From the NCBI RefSeq assembly GCF_001194135.2, contig NC_068988.1:63393084-63442836 (forward strand): 49,753 nucleotides of DNA. Direction: 5' to 3'. Below, piece by piece: positions 38,544-49,753 of this stretch (position 1 is its first letter; every line of letters begins with the position of its first letter). This stretch comes from Octopus bimaculoides (lineage: Eukaryota). A model generated the notes under the pieces. That model was not told where the DNA came from and did no database searches. It was given only the letters and a program-made list of their open reading frames with translations. The position numbers and the translations under genes are program-made.

Positions 38544-38776
38544 TTATTTCTTTACTAACCACAAGGGGCTACACACAGATGGGACAAACAAGGACAGACA
38601 AACGGATTAAGTCGATTTTATCGATCCCAGTGCGTAACTGGTACTTATTTAATCGACACCGAAAGGATGAAAGGCAAAGTCGACCTTGGTGGAATTTGAA
38701 CTCAGAACGTAGCGGCAGACGAAATACCGCTAAACATTTCACCCGGCGTGCTAACGTTTCTGCCAGCTCGCCGCTT
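38544..38776 (-). mobile_element. Family A SINE, full length
   Basis: Minus strand: gcggcgagctggcagaaacgttagcacgcc (A-box-like), gagttcaaattcc (B box), and 3' tail ..gtttgtcccatctgtgtgtagccccttgtggttagtaaagaaataa. Confidence 0.9.
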
Positions 38777-39029
38777 NNNNNNNNNNNNNNNNNNNNNNNN
38801 NNNNNNNNNNNNNNNNNNNNNNNNNNNNNNNNNNNNNNNNNNNNNNNNNNNNNNNNNNNNNNNNNNNNNNNNNNNNNNNNNNNNNNNNNNNNNNNNNNNN
38901 NNNNNNNNNNNNNNNNNNNNNNNNNNNNNNTATATATATATACAAACCTATGCACGCGCATTCAACATATCGTTTCAATTTAAAAGACGAACAACGGTTT
39001 AAAGTCTACTACACAAAGACGATATTCTC

Positions 39030-39395
39030 AATGATGCAGATCAGCTAGTGGGAGTGACTGGGAAAATACAATTCTATTCACTAGAGCGGAAACGAGAAAT
39101 TTATGCAGTAATATATGTCTGAAAGATAGAGAAAACATTCGGCAAACATTAGCAAAGAAAACTATGCTGATCCTCGAACAGAGACTCCACTGCATAATGC
39201 CAAATATCCCATCCACGCCATCCAAAATGAAGACCAGACACTGCAATAGTTTAGTTTCCAAAGACCGACAACTTTTCGGTATTCTACGAAAAGAATTAGC
39301 AAATCGAAATGGTGAACGGAACTTATATTCTCTAGAAGTACAGGCAACCCTTATTCCTGGCAGAAAACACGACTGATGGAAGCAACATAGATATC
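39030..39395 (+). mobile_element. CR1-like LINE ORF2 C-terminal fragment
   Basis: MQIS*WE*L/FYSLERKREIYAVIYV*KI..HCIMPNIPSTPSKMKTRHCNSLVSKDRQLFGILRKELANRNG is homologous to the minus-strand fragment at 44635-45185 (CIVPKVPSTLSKFRTRYCNSLEFK). Confidence 0.8.
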
Positions 39396-39464
39396 TTTCA
39401 ACCGACAAACGTCAACTAAAGAGTGACGATTAGCAGAAGAGCATCAGCATCAATGGGGTGACAG

Positions 39465-39501
<37 letters not shown>

Positions 39502-39798
39502 ATACGTGTGTGTGCATACGTTTATGTTCTTGAGTTTTGGCTTGTGAATTCAAGACACCGTTGCTTTCCGTGCAACGAGATTTTCTCCTGGTGCTGATCT
39601 ATGAATTTGCCTCTGTATGTTACTTGATTATAGGAATGTTCCTTATTGATTGTGTCCGTTTCCTTAAGNNNNNNNNNNNNNNNNNNNNNNNNNNNNNNNN
39701 NNNNNNNNNNNNNNNNNNNNNNNNNNNNNNNNNNNNNNNNNNNNNNNNNNNNNNNNNNNNNNNNNNNNNNNNNNNNNNNAGCATCAATGGGGTGACAG

Positions 39799-39835
<37 letters not shown>

Positions 39836-40584
39836 ATACGTGTGTGTGCATACGTTTATGTTCTTGAGTTTTGGCTTGTGAATTCAAGACACCGTTGCTT
39901 TCCGTGCAACGAGATTTTCTCCTGGTGCTGATCTATGAATTTGCCTCTGTATGTTACTTGATTATAGGAATGTTCCTTATTGATTGTGTCCGTTTCCTTA
40001 AGTGATGTGTACAGGTGTAGGACAATTTCGTACTCGTTTTCAATAGTCTGCCATTTCTATTCTCTTAGAAACTGACTGTCATGAAGGAGCATGCTAAATT
40101 CGTTGTAAACTTTAGATTGAAAAATGAGTTGAATTGGATGACGTTCCCTTTTCAGTTTTATCTTAGTAACGTTTGGATACGGTTTATTCAGCATACATTG
40201 CAGTATCTCTTTAGATCCACTTCTTGCTAAAGTTTCTTCTTAGAATGGTGATGCTTAGTCTGGTACTTATATACAAGATGAGAATTTTAATTTCCTCCGG
40301 CATATATTACTGACAAAAGTTTTGATTAAAATTCTTCCGTCGTTAGAGAATTTGCTTAAATATCGAAGAATTAGAACAACTTCTCAACACTGCATGTGGT
40401 GGATACTGATGCTTTACTTATGTATTAAAGCTATCATCGGTTTCATTTTGGATTGAAACAAAGAGGAACATCATTTATCATTGTTAAGATATTAAGATAT
40501 TTTCTTAATATGTAACCAATGCTACTTTTAATGCACAAATAAAGAATATTTATCTATGAATGCGGTGTTGAGCTCTAACGATGA

Positions 40585-40622
<38 letters not shown>

Positions 40623-40674
40623 CGTGTGTATGTGTATGTGTGTATGTGTGTGTGTATATAAGTATGTATGTATG

Positions 40675-40897
40675 TATTGTATAAATGATCGAGGGTAAGG
40701 CCAAAACAAGGCGAAGTAAATGCAAGGTAAATCACATTAATGTAAACTTACGTTGTATTCAATATTTCGGGTTATGACCCCATTTTCAAGAAATTGACGA
40801 ATGCTGCCGATGTGCGTGTGTGTGAGCACATCGGCAACATTTACTTGCATTTACTTCGCACTTTCTTTTTGACCTTACTTACGATCTTTGTACAATA
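40675..40897. repeat. Long imperfect palindrome with a 68-bp insert in the left arm
   Basis: 40675-40732 plus 40801-40815 is the reverse complement of 40826-40897 (gcgaagtaaatgcaag.taaat/atttacttgcatttacttcgc; atgctgccgatgtgc/gcacatcggcaacat). The loop is gtgtgtgtga. Confidence 0.85.
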
Positions 40898-40968
40898 TAT
40901 TCTACGCAATGCTTCACAGTAATTATTCCATTATATNNNNNNNNNNATATATGACTGTATGAAATAAT

Positions 40969-41556
40969 TTACATTCTATGTAAGTGTAATTCCTCCCATG
41001 GTTTCAGTTGTTTATTTTTGATGGAATTCTTTGAATAACTTTTGAACGCTTCTCCTAAATTTATGAACTTCATAGGTCGCATATTTTGAGAAAAAGTTTG
41101 CCCATCGTTTCTACATAGGATTATGTTGGATGTCGCTGACAATTTGTCTATTCGTTCCAGCATGTATTACCTCCTTAATACTTTTTATAGTACACAATCA
41201 TTTCATTTTTATGACACCATTTCTTATCACTAAGCCTGAACTACTGTCGCCTAATAGGAGGGGTTTTTTGCATACATAATGAAGTCCATTTGTTGATCGA
41301 TGATTGATTACTATGAACTTCTTGGCAAAGTCCAGTGTTTTGAATAATAATCTTTTTCCGATAGACGGATAAAACTCCACAATCACAACTAATGTAAATT
41401 TATATGACGTTTTGTATTTTATGTTGTTCAACAAATCTATGATGGATATATTATTGTTCCATTGTGTAATTCCGGTTGTTCATCATATTTTAAATTGTTT
41501 TTTTTTCTTTTGCCGAGGAAATATTTGCTTACTATGACAAGGCCTCCTTTCATGGG
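40969..41556 (-). mobile_element. Penelope-like element reverse-transcriptase fragment (dead)
   Basis: Minus strand PMKGGLVIVSKYFL/QWNNNISIIDLLNNIKYKTSYKFTLVVIVEFYPSIGKRLLFKTLDFAKKF..KPLLLG..RNG/IILCRNDGQTF. This matches the PLE RT pattern P.KSE.G.vSK..L, QW.N..., FDIVEFYPSI..LL.KAL.FA, GLYRDDG. Catalytic Asp residues are mutated. Confidence 0.8.
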
Positions 41557-41582
41557 ATATATATATATACATATACATATAC

Positions 41583-41680
<98 letters not shown>

Positions 41681-41827
41681 ATAATATAAATAAAATATAT
41701 ATAGAGGCATATACACATACATTTATGTGCATACTGACATATATGTATATATATATATGTAAATGGGTACAGGACGTCACAAACGTAAACAGCATGAAAT
41801 GCGAAGACAAACTTTTTTTGCCAACGC

Positions 41828-41912
41828 GAGAAACAAATGGAAAACAAGACAAGTAATATAACGAACGACCCTTCATCATTTGTCGGCTGTTTATCTACTC
41901 CACATTTCGAGC
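41828..41912. repeat. Dispersed repeat, copy 2 (copy 1 at 28132-28217)
   Basis: See 28132-28217. Confidence 0.8.
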
Positions 41913-42194
41913 AATTCACGACAGTATGTGCCTTCGAGAAAACAGTTGCTCCTGCAAATCAAAATAAGATTTGGGGCATTGCGGAGGGTCAAAGTTGGTA
42001 ACAAGAACAGGACAGTGAAACAAATAGTGAGGGCTGCTAAGCCAGACGGAGTAAGGTGGCGAACGCTGAGGAACATTCTTTGAAAGGAGAAAAAATAGGA
42101 AAGGAAACGGACAAGATATGTCTGGTCTGTGCAGAGATACATGCACACACGTGTTTATAAGCGTGTGTGTGTGTGTGAACCAGTAATTAGGGAC

Positions 42195-42585
42195 TTAGAA
42201 CAGCGATCATAAAGTTGGGGAGTGTGCCACCGGAGCGGAAGGCTCTGTCAGTGGGATTTGTGCCACTGACAGAGCAGGCTGCGGTCCCTACCTCTGATGA
42301 GGAAACGGAGCGTATCTTCTGTTACCTCAAGGGAGGGCCCGTTGAGAAGTGTCTGGATGGCCTATTAGACCGAGAGCGTTCCGACTCGGTCTGTATAGAC
42401 CATCCATGTTGGTCTCCGCAGGTGACTGCGGAGGTCATAAACATAGGGAAGTCATGGAGGTCGAAAGGACCTGTCAAAACGAGGATTTTGCTTACGTCAC
42501 TCCGGGCCTACCAATGCGAGATCTTTGTACATTTCTTCTACTATTCTTTGTACAGCCCTTGTGGCTAATTGAATAAAATAAAATA
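42195..42585 (+). mobile_element. Probable 5'-truncated non-LTR retrotransposon 3' end (L1/Tx1-like?)
   Basis: GC-rich island with broken coding-like frames (ERIFCYL/LRSVWMAY/GLRR*LR/GKSW), ending agcccttgtggctaattgaataaaataaaata. Clade assignment is weak. Confidence 0.35.
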
Positions 42586-42725
42586 GTTTGTTTACCATCC
42601 ACATGGTTTGGGTTCATTCCCACTGCGTGGCACATTGGGCAGGTGTCTTCTACTATAGCCTCAGTCCGACCAAAGCCTTGTGAGTGGATTTGGTAGACGG
42701 AAACTGAAAGAATCCCGTCGTGATG

Positions 42726-42772
<47 letters not shown>

Positions 42773-42930
42773 TGTGTCTGTTTGTCCCCACAAAATCGCT
42801 TGACAACCGATAGAATAAGCACTAGGCTTCCAAAGAATAAGTCCTGGGGTCGATTTGCACGACTAATGGCGGTACTCCAGCACGGCCGCAGTCAAATGAC
42901 TGAAACAAGCAAAAGAGCAAAAAAACAAAA
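42586..42930 (+). mobile_element. Family B SINE with internal (TA)n(TG)n and an internal deletion
   Basis: Head gggttcattcccactgcgtggcacattgggcagg, microsatellite at 42727-42775, and tail ..gtcaaatgactgaaacaagcaaaagag. About 55 nt present in the 36059 copy is missing between gacaaccg and atagaataag. Confidence 0.9.
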
Positions 42931-44412
42931 GAGTACGCAATTGGTACTTAATTTATCGACCCCGAAAAGACGAAAGTTCGTAATTATTTGTTGGCTACTT
43001 TATGATTATAAAGTAAATTCAATGATGTGAGTAAAGATGCAGTACTTTAAGACATCTTAGTCCAATCTATGAGAGAAACCTCAAGTAATTCACTACAAAT
43101 ACGAACGTTTTCTCTGTGCCATGAACATAGATTGAACAAAACATTTCATTCCTTTTACTTCAGTCTACTGCAGTTAAAAGGTGCATCGGCACACTACTGC
43201 CACTCTTTCTCTCTCTCTTTTCTCTCTCTCTCTCTCTCTCTCTCTATTTCTCTCTCTCTCTCTCTTTCCCTCTCTCTCCGACCGACAAATCCTCGATTTT
43301 CCACTAGGCTAACGGTGTGAGACCAGGGTCAGATTACGACGATCATATTGACATCTGAGCAATTAGCGAAAGTATAGTACATGCTGTCATGTCACACTCG
43401 CTGTCGACTGACGTCTATGATATATATATATATATGTGTGTGTGTGTATGTGAATATAAGTAATTGTAAGTGCGTGCGTGCGTGCGTGCGTGCGTGTGTG
43501 CATACATGTATGTTTGTAAACCTCAGCGTATGACTAAACACATTGACGTACTTCATAATAACTACAAGCACGATTTAGCACATACATACCAACACATACT
43601 TAAAGGAACTCACAACAGATACAGAGATTTCTTCAAACACACAGATAAACAATCAAATACACACACATTTCAAATATCAAATACAAGAGTCAGCTGGCAA
43701 CAGTCCAGGTAACGTCTAACATAATAAACACCATCTGATTAATGATCGTTATAAATGTAGTTGATTTCTATTGCTCATTGAGGCTGAGCGAAACATATCC
43801 GGCTTTATGGGGCTTGTATGACGCTGTTTGGAGGAGGTTATTTGTCAGAATGAATTTTGAAGATGTGTTTGGATTTGTTAAACGTTTTATACGTTTCAGA
43901 ATAATGTTAAACAAAATTGTATAAACGAGTTGTGACGTGAGGTCTGTCTGTTGAAATGGAGGATAAATTTACTTTGAGAAGTTGGTGATGTCGATGACAA
44001 ACTAACTGAATGTTTCATAGTTTTGGAGAAATGAAGTCGGAAAAAAAAAGCAAAGAAGAATGTTTCTGTTCTGCATTTGTTTGTTTTTTGTTGGTTTTTT
44101 TTTTCGTTTTTGTTTTTTGTTTTACAGTCTTTTTCATTATTTGATTGATATGTTCATACATCCTCACAGAAACACAAATGCACACACACATATAGACACA
44201 CACACATAAACACACACAAGGTCGCGCGCACACTGGCACACACACACACACGCACACATATACATGATATGTGCAGACCCACATCTATATAGATGGATAG
44301 TTACATGTATATAAGTACGTATATATATATGTGTATATATATATATATTTATACATACTATTTATACATATATAATAGGTATTATATATATATACAGATG
44401 TATCATATATAT

Positions 44413-44476
<64 letters not shown>

Positions 44477-44522
44477 TTACATATATCTGTATTATATGCA
44501 CATACATACAAAACATATACAC

Positions 44523-44585
44523 TGTTTTATTCTTTGACTTGTTTCAGCCATGCTGCTGCGGCCATGATGGAGCACCTCAGTCTGG
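44523..44585 (-). mobile_element. Family B SINE extreme 3' fragment
   Basis: cttgtttcagccat..ctgcggccatgatggagcacc. Confidence 0.6.
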
Positions 44586-44634
44586 TTTGTTTCACATCCT
44601 CACTCCTGTATAAGACTTTGTCCCAGCTGTTGGC

Positions 44635-45185
44635 CCATTTATTGCATAAAGGAGTTTAATTCCGCTGACCTCGTCTACACCTCATGTCGATCTGTTAGCT
44701 CATCCGGTATTGTTGAGCGGAGGATATCTAATTCCTTTCTGAAGACATCTACTTCCGCCTTATGCAGATTTCTTAATTTTTGTAGCAGGGCATTGAGGAG
44801 CTGTGTGCTTTGAACTCTAAACTATTGCAGTACCTGGTCCTGAATTTAGATAGAGTTGATGGTACCTTTGGTACAATACAAAGGCAGCCAGTTCTAGCTT
44901 TTGTATGACACTCAATACCGAAATTGGATACTAACCCTTCTAGAGATTTCTTTATGTAGATTATTACATATTTGTCGCGCATTCGCTCCATGGGGATAAT
45001 GTTGCAGTTTTCTCAGCCTGTCCCTGTAACTCAACCGTTGCACTATTTTAATCTTTTAAGTGTAGTGGCGTCAGACTGCTTCAAGCACCGCTGTTAATTT
45101 GGCAGACACTTGGCCAAAGTGCGTTAAGAAGAGCTGAATTTTAAACGACATGGTCTCAAAGATCTACCCGATTATTTTTAGTACA
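44635..45185 (-). mobile_element. CR1-like LINE ORF2 C-terminal fragment
   Basis: Minus strand SAKLTAVLEAV*RHYT*KIKIVQRLSYRDRLRKLQHY/MERMRDKYVIIYIKKSLEGLVSNFGIE..CIVPKVPSTLSKFRTRYCNSLEFK/LRNLHKAEVDVFRKELD..IPDE. This is the CR1/L2-group pattern LExVQRxxT..LSYxxRL..L.L.SLExRR. Confidence 0.85.
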
Positions 45186-45494
45186 TCATAGCAAAATTAC
45201 CAAAGATGCAAAAGAAAAACAAAGATGCTGAAACGCAAAATATATTCTGATTTACACTCAAGATCAACAATTTTGGGTGAGCGTAGTCAGAGTACAGTAT
45301 CGACTCTACTTCATCCCTCAAATACAGTTGATCTCAAACTCAAAACATACAGAACTGAAGACCCCTCAAACTGAAAATTCAGTCCCAGCAAAATTAAAAG
45401 TAAGAAGAATATTGGTTATATCAATTGACATTTTAAATCCATACGAGTATACAGGTAGAATTGTAAATATGCTTTTCCTATGATACGTACTCAC

Positions 45495-45545
45495 ATCGGT
45501 ACCAGATATGAACGTTTTGTTGTTCGATCAATTCGGTTTTTCATT
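45495..45545 (-). CDS. Candidate 51-nt exon (MKNRIDRTTKRSYLVP)
   Basis: Minus strand ctctacttcAG|A ATG AAA AAC..CCG AT|GTGAGTa. Upstream donors GTGAGT (45629) and GTAAGG (45646) would give 84- or 101-nt introns. Only one frame is open. No homology recognised. Confidence 0.3.
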
Positions 45546-45764
45546 CTGAAGTAGAGTGCACAGCGTTTCGTTATTAATTGTAAATGTGTAATCTTAATAT
45601 GATTTTCAGATCGGCTCAGAATTACTCACCCTTCACCTAACCTTACAGAAATGTAATTCTAACATCTCTTGCATTAAAAGACGTGCAGGCTTCTCAAATG
45701 TGAATGAAAATTAGTTTAAAAATAAGTACATACATACGTGAATACATATACAGTCGTATAAACA

Positions 45765-45803
<39 letters not shown>

Positions 45804-45815
45804 ACAAACACACAA

Positions 45816-45857
<42 letters not shown>

Positions 45858-46005
45858 GTTACATACACACACTTACACACACAAACATATGTACGAATGT
45901 ATGTATCATATATATGTATATATGTATACATATGTATATATAGGTTAGTATTTATTATATGTATATATGCGTCTATATATGTATGTATGTGTATATATAC
46001 ATAGA

Positions 46006-46054
<49 letters not shown>

Positions 46055-46554
46055 TCACAAATACATATGTGTGTGTGTATGTGCATACATATATGTATGT
46101 ATGAATATTGTAAATTGTATGAAGATGGAGGTAAATAGCTGACATAGTGTTGACACCCTGTTCACAAAGACCCCCCCCCACGTTGCGCCTAACCACATTA
46201 ACAAAATTAAACCTAACAGCGCAATGTGTATTAGAGTGAACATTCACTGATTTCGATGCTTATTTTCAATCCTATGATATTATGCATGGTTGATCAAAAT
46301 ATTTCTGATTGTCCCTATTGAGAATCCAATTACTTTTAGACAATATTTTTGGCAAACTTCTATCACAAAGATGGGATAAAATGTTAACGTTCACAAAGGG
46401 TTATGTTCCGATTGCATTGCTATCTCACAACACACATATATACGAATGCACGTTCATATAAGTACGGAGACACACGCACAGAAACATACGATGATGCATC
46501 TATACAAACACACACACACACATATGTATATATATGTAATAATATGTATATATG

Positions 46555-46617
<63 letters not shown>

Positions 46618-47542
46618 NNNNNNNNNNNNNNNNNNNNNNNNNNNNNNNNNNNNNNNNNNNNNNNNNNNNNNNNNNNNNNNNNNNNNNNNNNNNNNNNNNN
46701 NNNNNNNNNNNNNNNNNNNNNNNNNNNNNNNNNNNNNNNNNNNNNNNNNNNNNNNNNNNNNNNNNNNNNNNNNNNNNNNNNNNNNNNNNNNNNNNNNNNN
46801 NNNNNNNNNNNNNNNNNNNNNNNNNNNNNNNNNNNNNNNNNNNNNNNNNNNNNNNNNNNNNNNNNNNNNNNNNNNNNNNNNNNNNNNNNNNNNNNNNNNN
46901 NNNNNNNNNNNNNNNNNNNNNNNNNNNNNNNNNNNNNNNNNNNNNNNNNNNNNNNNNNNNNNNNNNNNNNNNNNNNNNNNNNNNNNNNNNNNNNNNNNNN
47001 NNNNNNNNNNNNNNNNNNNNNNNNNNNNNNNNNNNNNNNNNNNNNNNNNNNNNNNNNNNNNNNNNNNNNNNNNNNNNNNNNNNNNNNNNNNNNNNNNNNN
47101 NNNNNNNNNNNNNNNNNNNNNNNNNNNNNNNNNNNNNNNNNNNNNNNNNNNNNNNNNNNNNNNNNNNNNNNNNNNNNNNNNNNNNNNNNNNNNNNNNNNN
47201 NNNNNNNNNNNNNNNNNNNNNNNNNNNNNNNNNNNNNNNNNNNNNNNNNNNNNNNNNNNNNNNNNNNNNNNNNNNNNNNNNNNNNNNNNNNNNNNNNNNN
47301 NNNNNNNNNNNNNNNNNNNNNNNNNNNNNNNNNNNNNNNNNNNNNNNNNNNNNNNNNNNNNNNNNNNNNNNNNNNNNNNNNNNNNNNNNNNNNNNNNNNN
47401 NNNNNNNNNNNNNNNNNNNNNNNNNNNNNNNNNNNNNNNNNNNNTATAAGTATGCATGAATGTATTAATCCATTCTGTTTTCCTAAGAGTGTATATATGT
47501 GTGTGTGTACATATGCATATATATATATATATATATATATAT

Positions 47543-47920
47543 TCTTTTCTTTGTTTCAGCCATTTAACAGTGGCCATGCTGCCGCACCACATTTAGTCGA
47601 ACTAATTAATCCAGGGACTTACTCTTTGCAAGTTTAGTACTTATTGTATCGGTCTACTTTGCTGAGCCGCTGAGTTACAGTGACGTAAACTCATCAATAT
47701 CGGAAGTTAAGTGATGGTGGTGGGAACAAACGCAGATACACAAATACATATATATATACGACAGGCTTCTTTTAGTTCCCGTCTACCAAATCCACTCACA
47801 AGGCCTTAGTCGGCCCGAGGCTCTAGTAGAAGACACCCGCCCATGTGCTACGCAGTGGGACTGAACCTAGAACCATATGGTTGGGAAGCAAGATTCTTAC
47901 CACTAGCTACTCAGGGGCCT
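47543..47920 (-). mobile_element. Family B SINE, near full length
   Basis: Collinear with 36059-36430, including the head (cgcagtgggactgaacctagaaccatatggttgggaagcaag) and a short internal (TA)n. Confidence 0.9.
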
Positions 47921-48889
47921 ATATACATATGTGTGTGTGTGTATAGATGTATATGTATATATCTATATACATATATATTTGTACATACATACATATATAT
48001 ACTCATACATATATGTATATGCGCTCCAACATTTATATGTGTAGGTACGTTTCTATCAATCTATCGTTATATGTATATGTGTGTTCGTGTTTGCGCTTGT
48101 TTGTGTGCGTTTGCATGAACATATATCTTTATGTATGTTTGTATATGTGCGTTTTGGTAAGTTCCACCTAATACATTTGTGTGCATGGTGGTGCCAGCGT
48201 CGGGCGTCGTACTATATGAGAGAGAGAGAGAGAGAGGAAGGGAGTGAGGGAATCCAAGAGTGTATCGTATGAGTTCAGTGACTTCGTATCTTAAACATCA
48301 CAAGTATTTAAAATAATAAATATATACCAAGTACATAACAACTCATTGAAAAAATCCTTTATGACTCTCATACAAAATACACCTATCAATCGAGTCATAT
48401 ACACAAACAAACATACGCGAACATACACGTGCACACATATATACACATACATTCGTGCATACACAGATATAATGTATGCATGTTGTAATGTTTCCTCAAT
48501 TTTTAAGCTAATACTTAAACGAAAGTAGACTTATGTATCATGCATACAGTAAGATATTAAGCACACATTATCATAGAAATACATACGCTGAGGTAAAAGA
48601 AACACATATAACCAAATAAACACATGAGCTTGCCTCCTTATATAAACAAACGCACGCTTACCAAAATCTCGAGTGTTTTAAAAAATATTAACATGTAAAC
48701 ACATCTTCATTTTCAAGACTTACACTTGAAACAAAAATATAACGCACAGGGTGAAATCTAACTAGGTATGCCCTTTAAAAAAGTATATATTCTCCTATTT
48801 CGCTCCAGATCAAATATATATATATACTCTCTCTTTCTCAATTGAGTATTTCGTTTGGATTTCATCGCCCTCAGTGATTTTCCGCCCAC

Positions 48890-48909
48890 TCACGTCTCTT
48901 TCTCTCTCG

Positions 48910-48944
<35 letters not shown>

Positions 48945-49010
48945 TCACACACACACACACTCTCTCGCACACACAAAAAAATCTCTCTCCCTCCCTCTGT
49001 CACTCTCTCG

Positions 49011-49048
<38 letters not shown>

Positions 49049-49070
49049 CTCTCTCACCCCCTCTCTCTCT
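48890..49070. repeat. Compound (CT)n/(CA)n microsatellite, representative of dozens of (TA), (TG), (GA), (GATA) and (TATG) tracts across the window
   Basis: Read directly. Others include 3489-3555, 6808-6867, 9826-9945, 19650-19740, 24385-24460, 31500-31592, 34282-34380 and 41588-41677. Confidence 0.95.
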
Positions 49071-49753
49071 ATGTCCTTTTCGTTGTCTTTCTTTCAGTGT
49101 GGCGGTTGTCTATTTCTTTTTGTGAATATATTTCCTTGATCAATTTATTTAATCTATATTTCTCTTATATTCCAATCACCTTTAAGGTATCTGTATGCAT
49201 TTTTACGCGGTCAATAAATGCCCTAAATCGTACACGTGCGCCCGCACAGGCGCAGATAAACACACATTTAGACGCATACACAGAAAAACATATCAACACA
49301 CAAAGACACACATACACATTTTGTGTTTGTGTGTGTGTAGATATATCTTTTGAAAATGTGTGTATCTATTCATATACATTTATACTTACGCACGCTCACA
49401 GAATCGCACACGCACACATAAATGTGCATATAATATACGCATTATCATTTATATTTTCACTCTCACCTTTGTTTTTACTCTTATCAATATTATTTTTTTT
49501 TAAATATATAAATATGCATTTACGTATGATTTTTTGGATGTATGTACATGTTTGTGTAAAAATGTATTTATTAAAACATAGGTTTGTTTATATATTCAAA
49601 TATGAGTGTACTTGTGAATAAGTATGGGAGAATATTTGTGTAGATGTATTTTTTATTTAAAAAAAAATATAAGTAAACATTTAGATGTGTATGTGTAAAT
49701 ATAAATGTGTGTATATGATTGTGTATACAGGTTTATGTGAGTGTGTATGTCCA

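Noticed and set aside
39164-39376. 70-aa ORF as a host gene or LINE ORF1
   Set aside because: It is the ORF2 C-terminus of the same CR1-like family seen at 44635-45185.
42293-42306. CTGATGAGGAAAC as a hammerhead core (also CTGATGAGAAAG at 27948)
   Set aside because: There is no stem II between CUGANGA and GAAA and no closable stems I/III.

Overview
This is eukaryotic, AT-rich, microsatellite-saturated DNA from a gapped draft assembly. Almost every N-run abuts (TA)n/(TG)n/(GATA)n. The dispersed tRNA-derived SINEs resemble families I associate with octopus (coleoid cephalopod) genomes; that assignment is recollection, not a database hit. Almost all supplied ORFs are artefacts of stop-free simple repeats or N-runs. 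The supportable content is decayed mobile DNA: two internally deleted Tc1/mariner elements side by side (8.2-9.7 kb), an RTE LINE 3' end (35.0-35.6 kb), two CR1-like LINE 3' ends (39.0-39.4 and 44.6-45.2 kb), a Penelope-like RT fragment (41.0-41.6 kb), two probable LINE 3' ends with a SINE-like tail, about 20 SINE copies or fragments of at least three families, two long imperfect palindromes and a 31-bp minisatellite. No complete host gene is recognisable; a few short spliced-exon candidates are given at low confidence. I found no convincing new biological system. The best leads are a 3' tail shared between a SINE and two unrelated element bodies (SINE tail swapping), a palindrome with a hammerhead-like insert next to the Penelope-like RT, and a candidate exon with a RECK-like CC motif.
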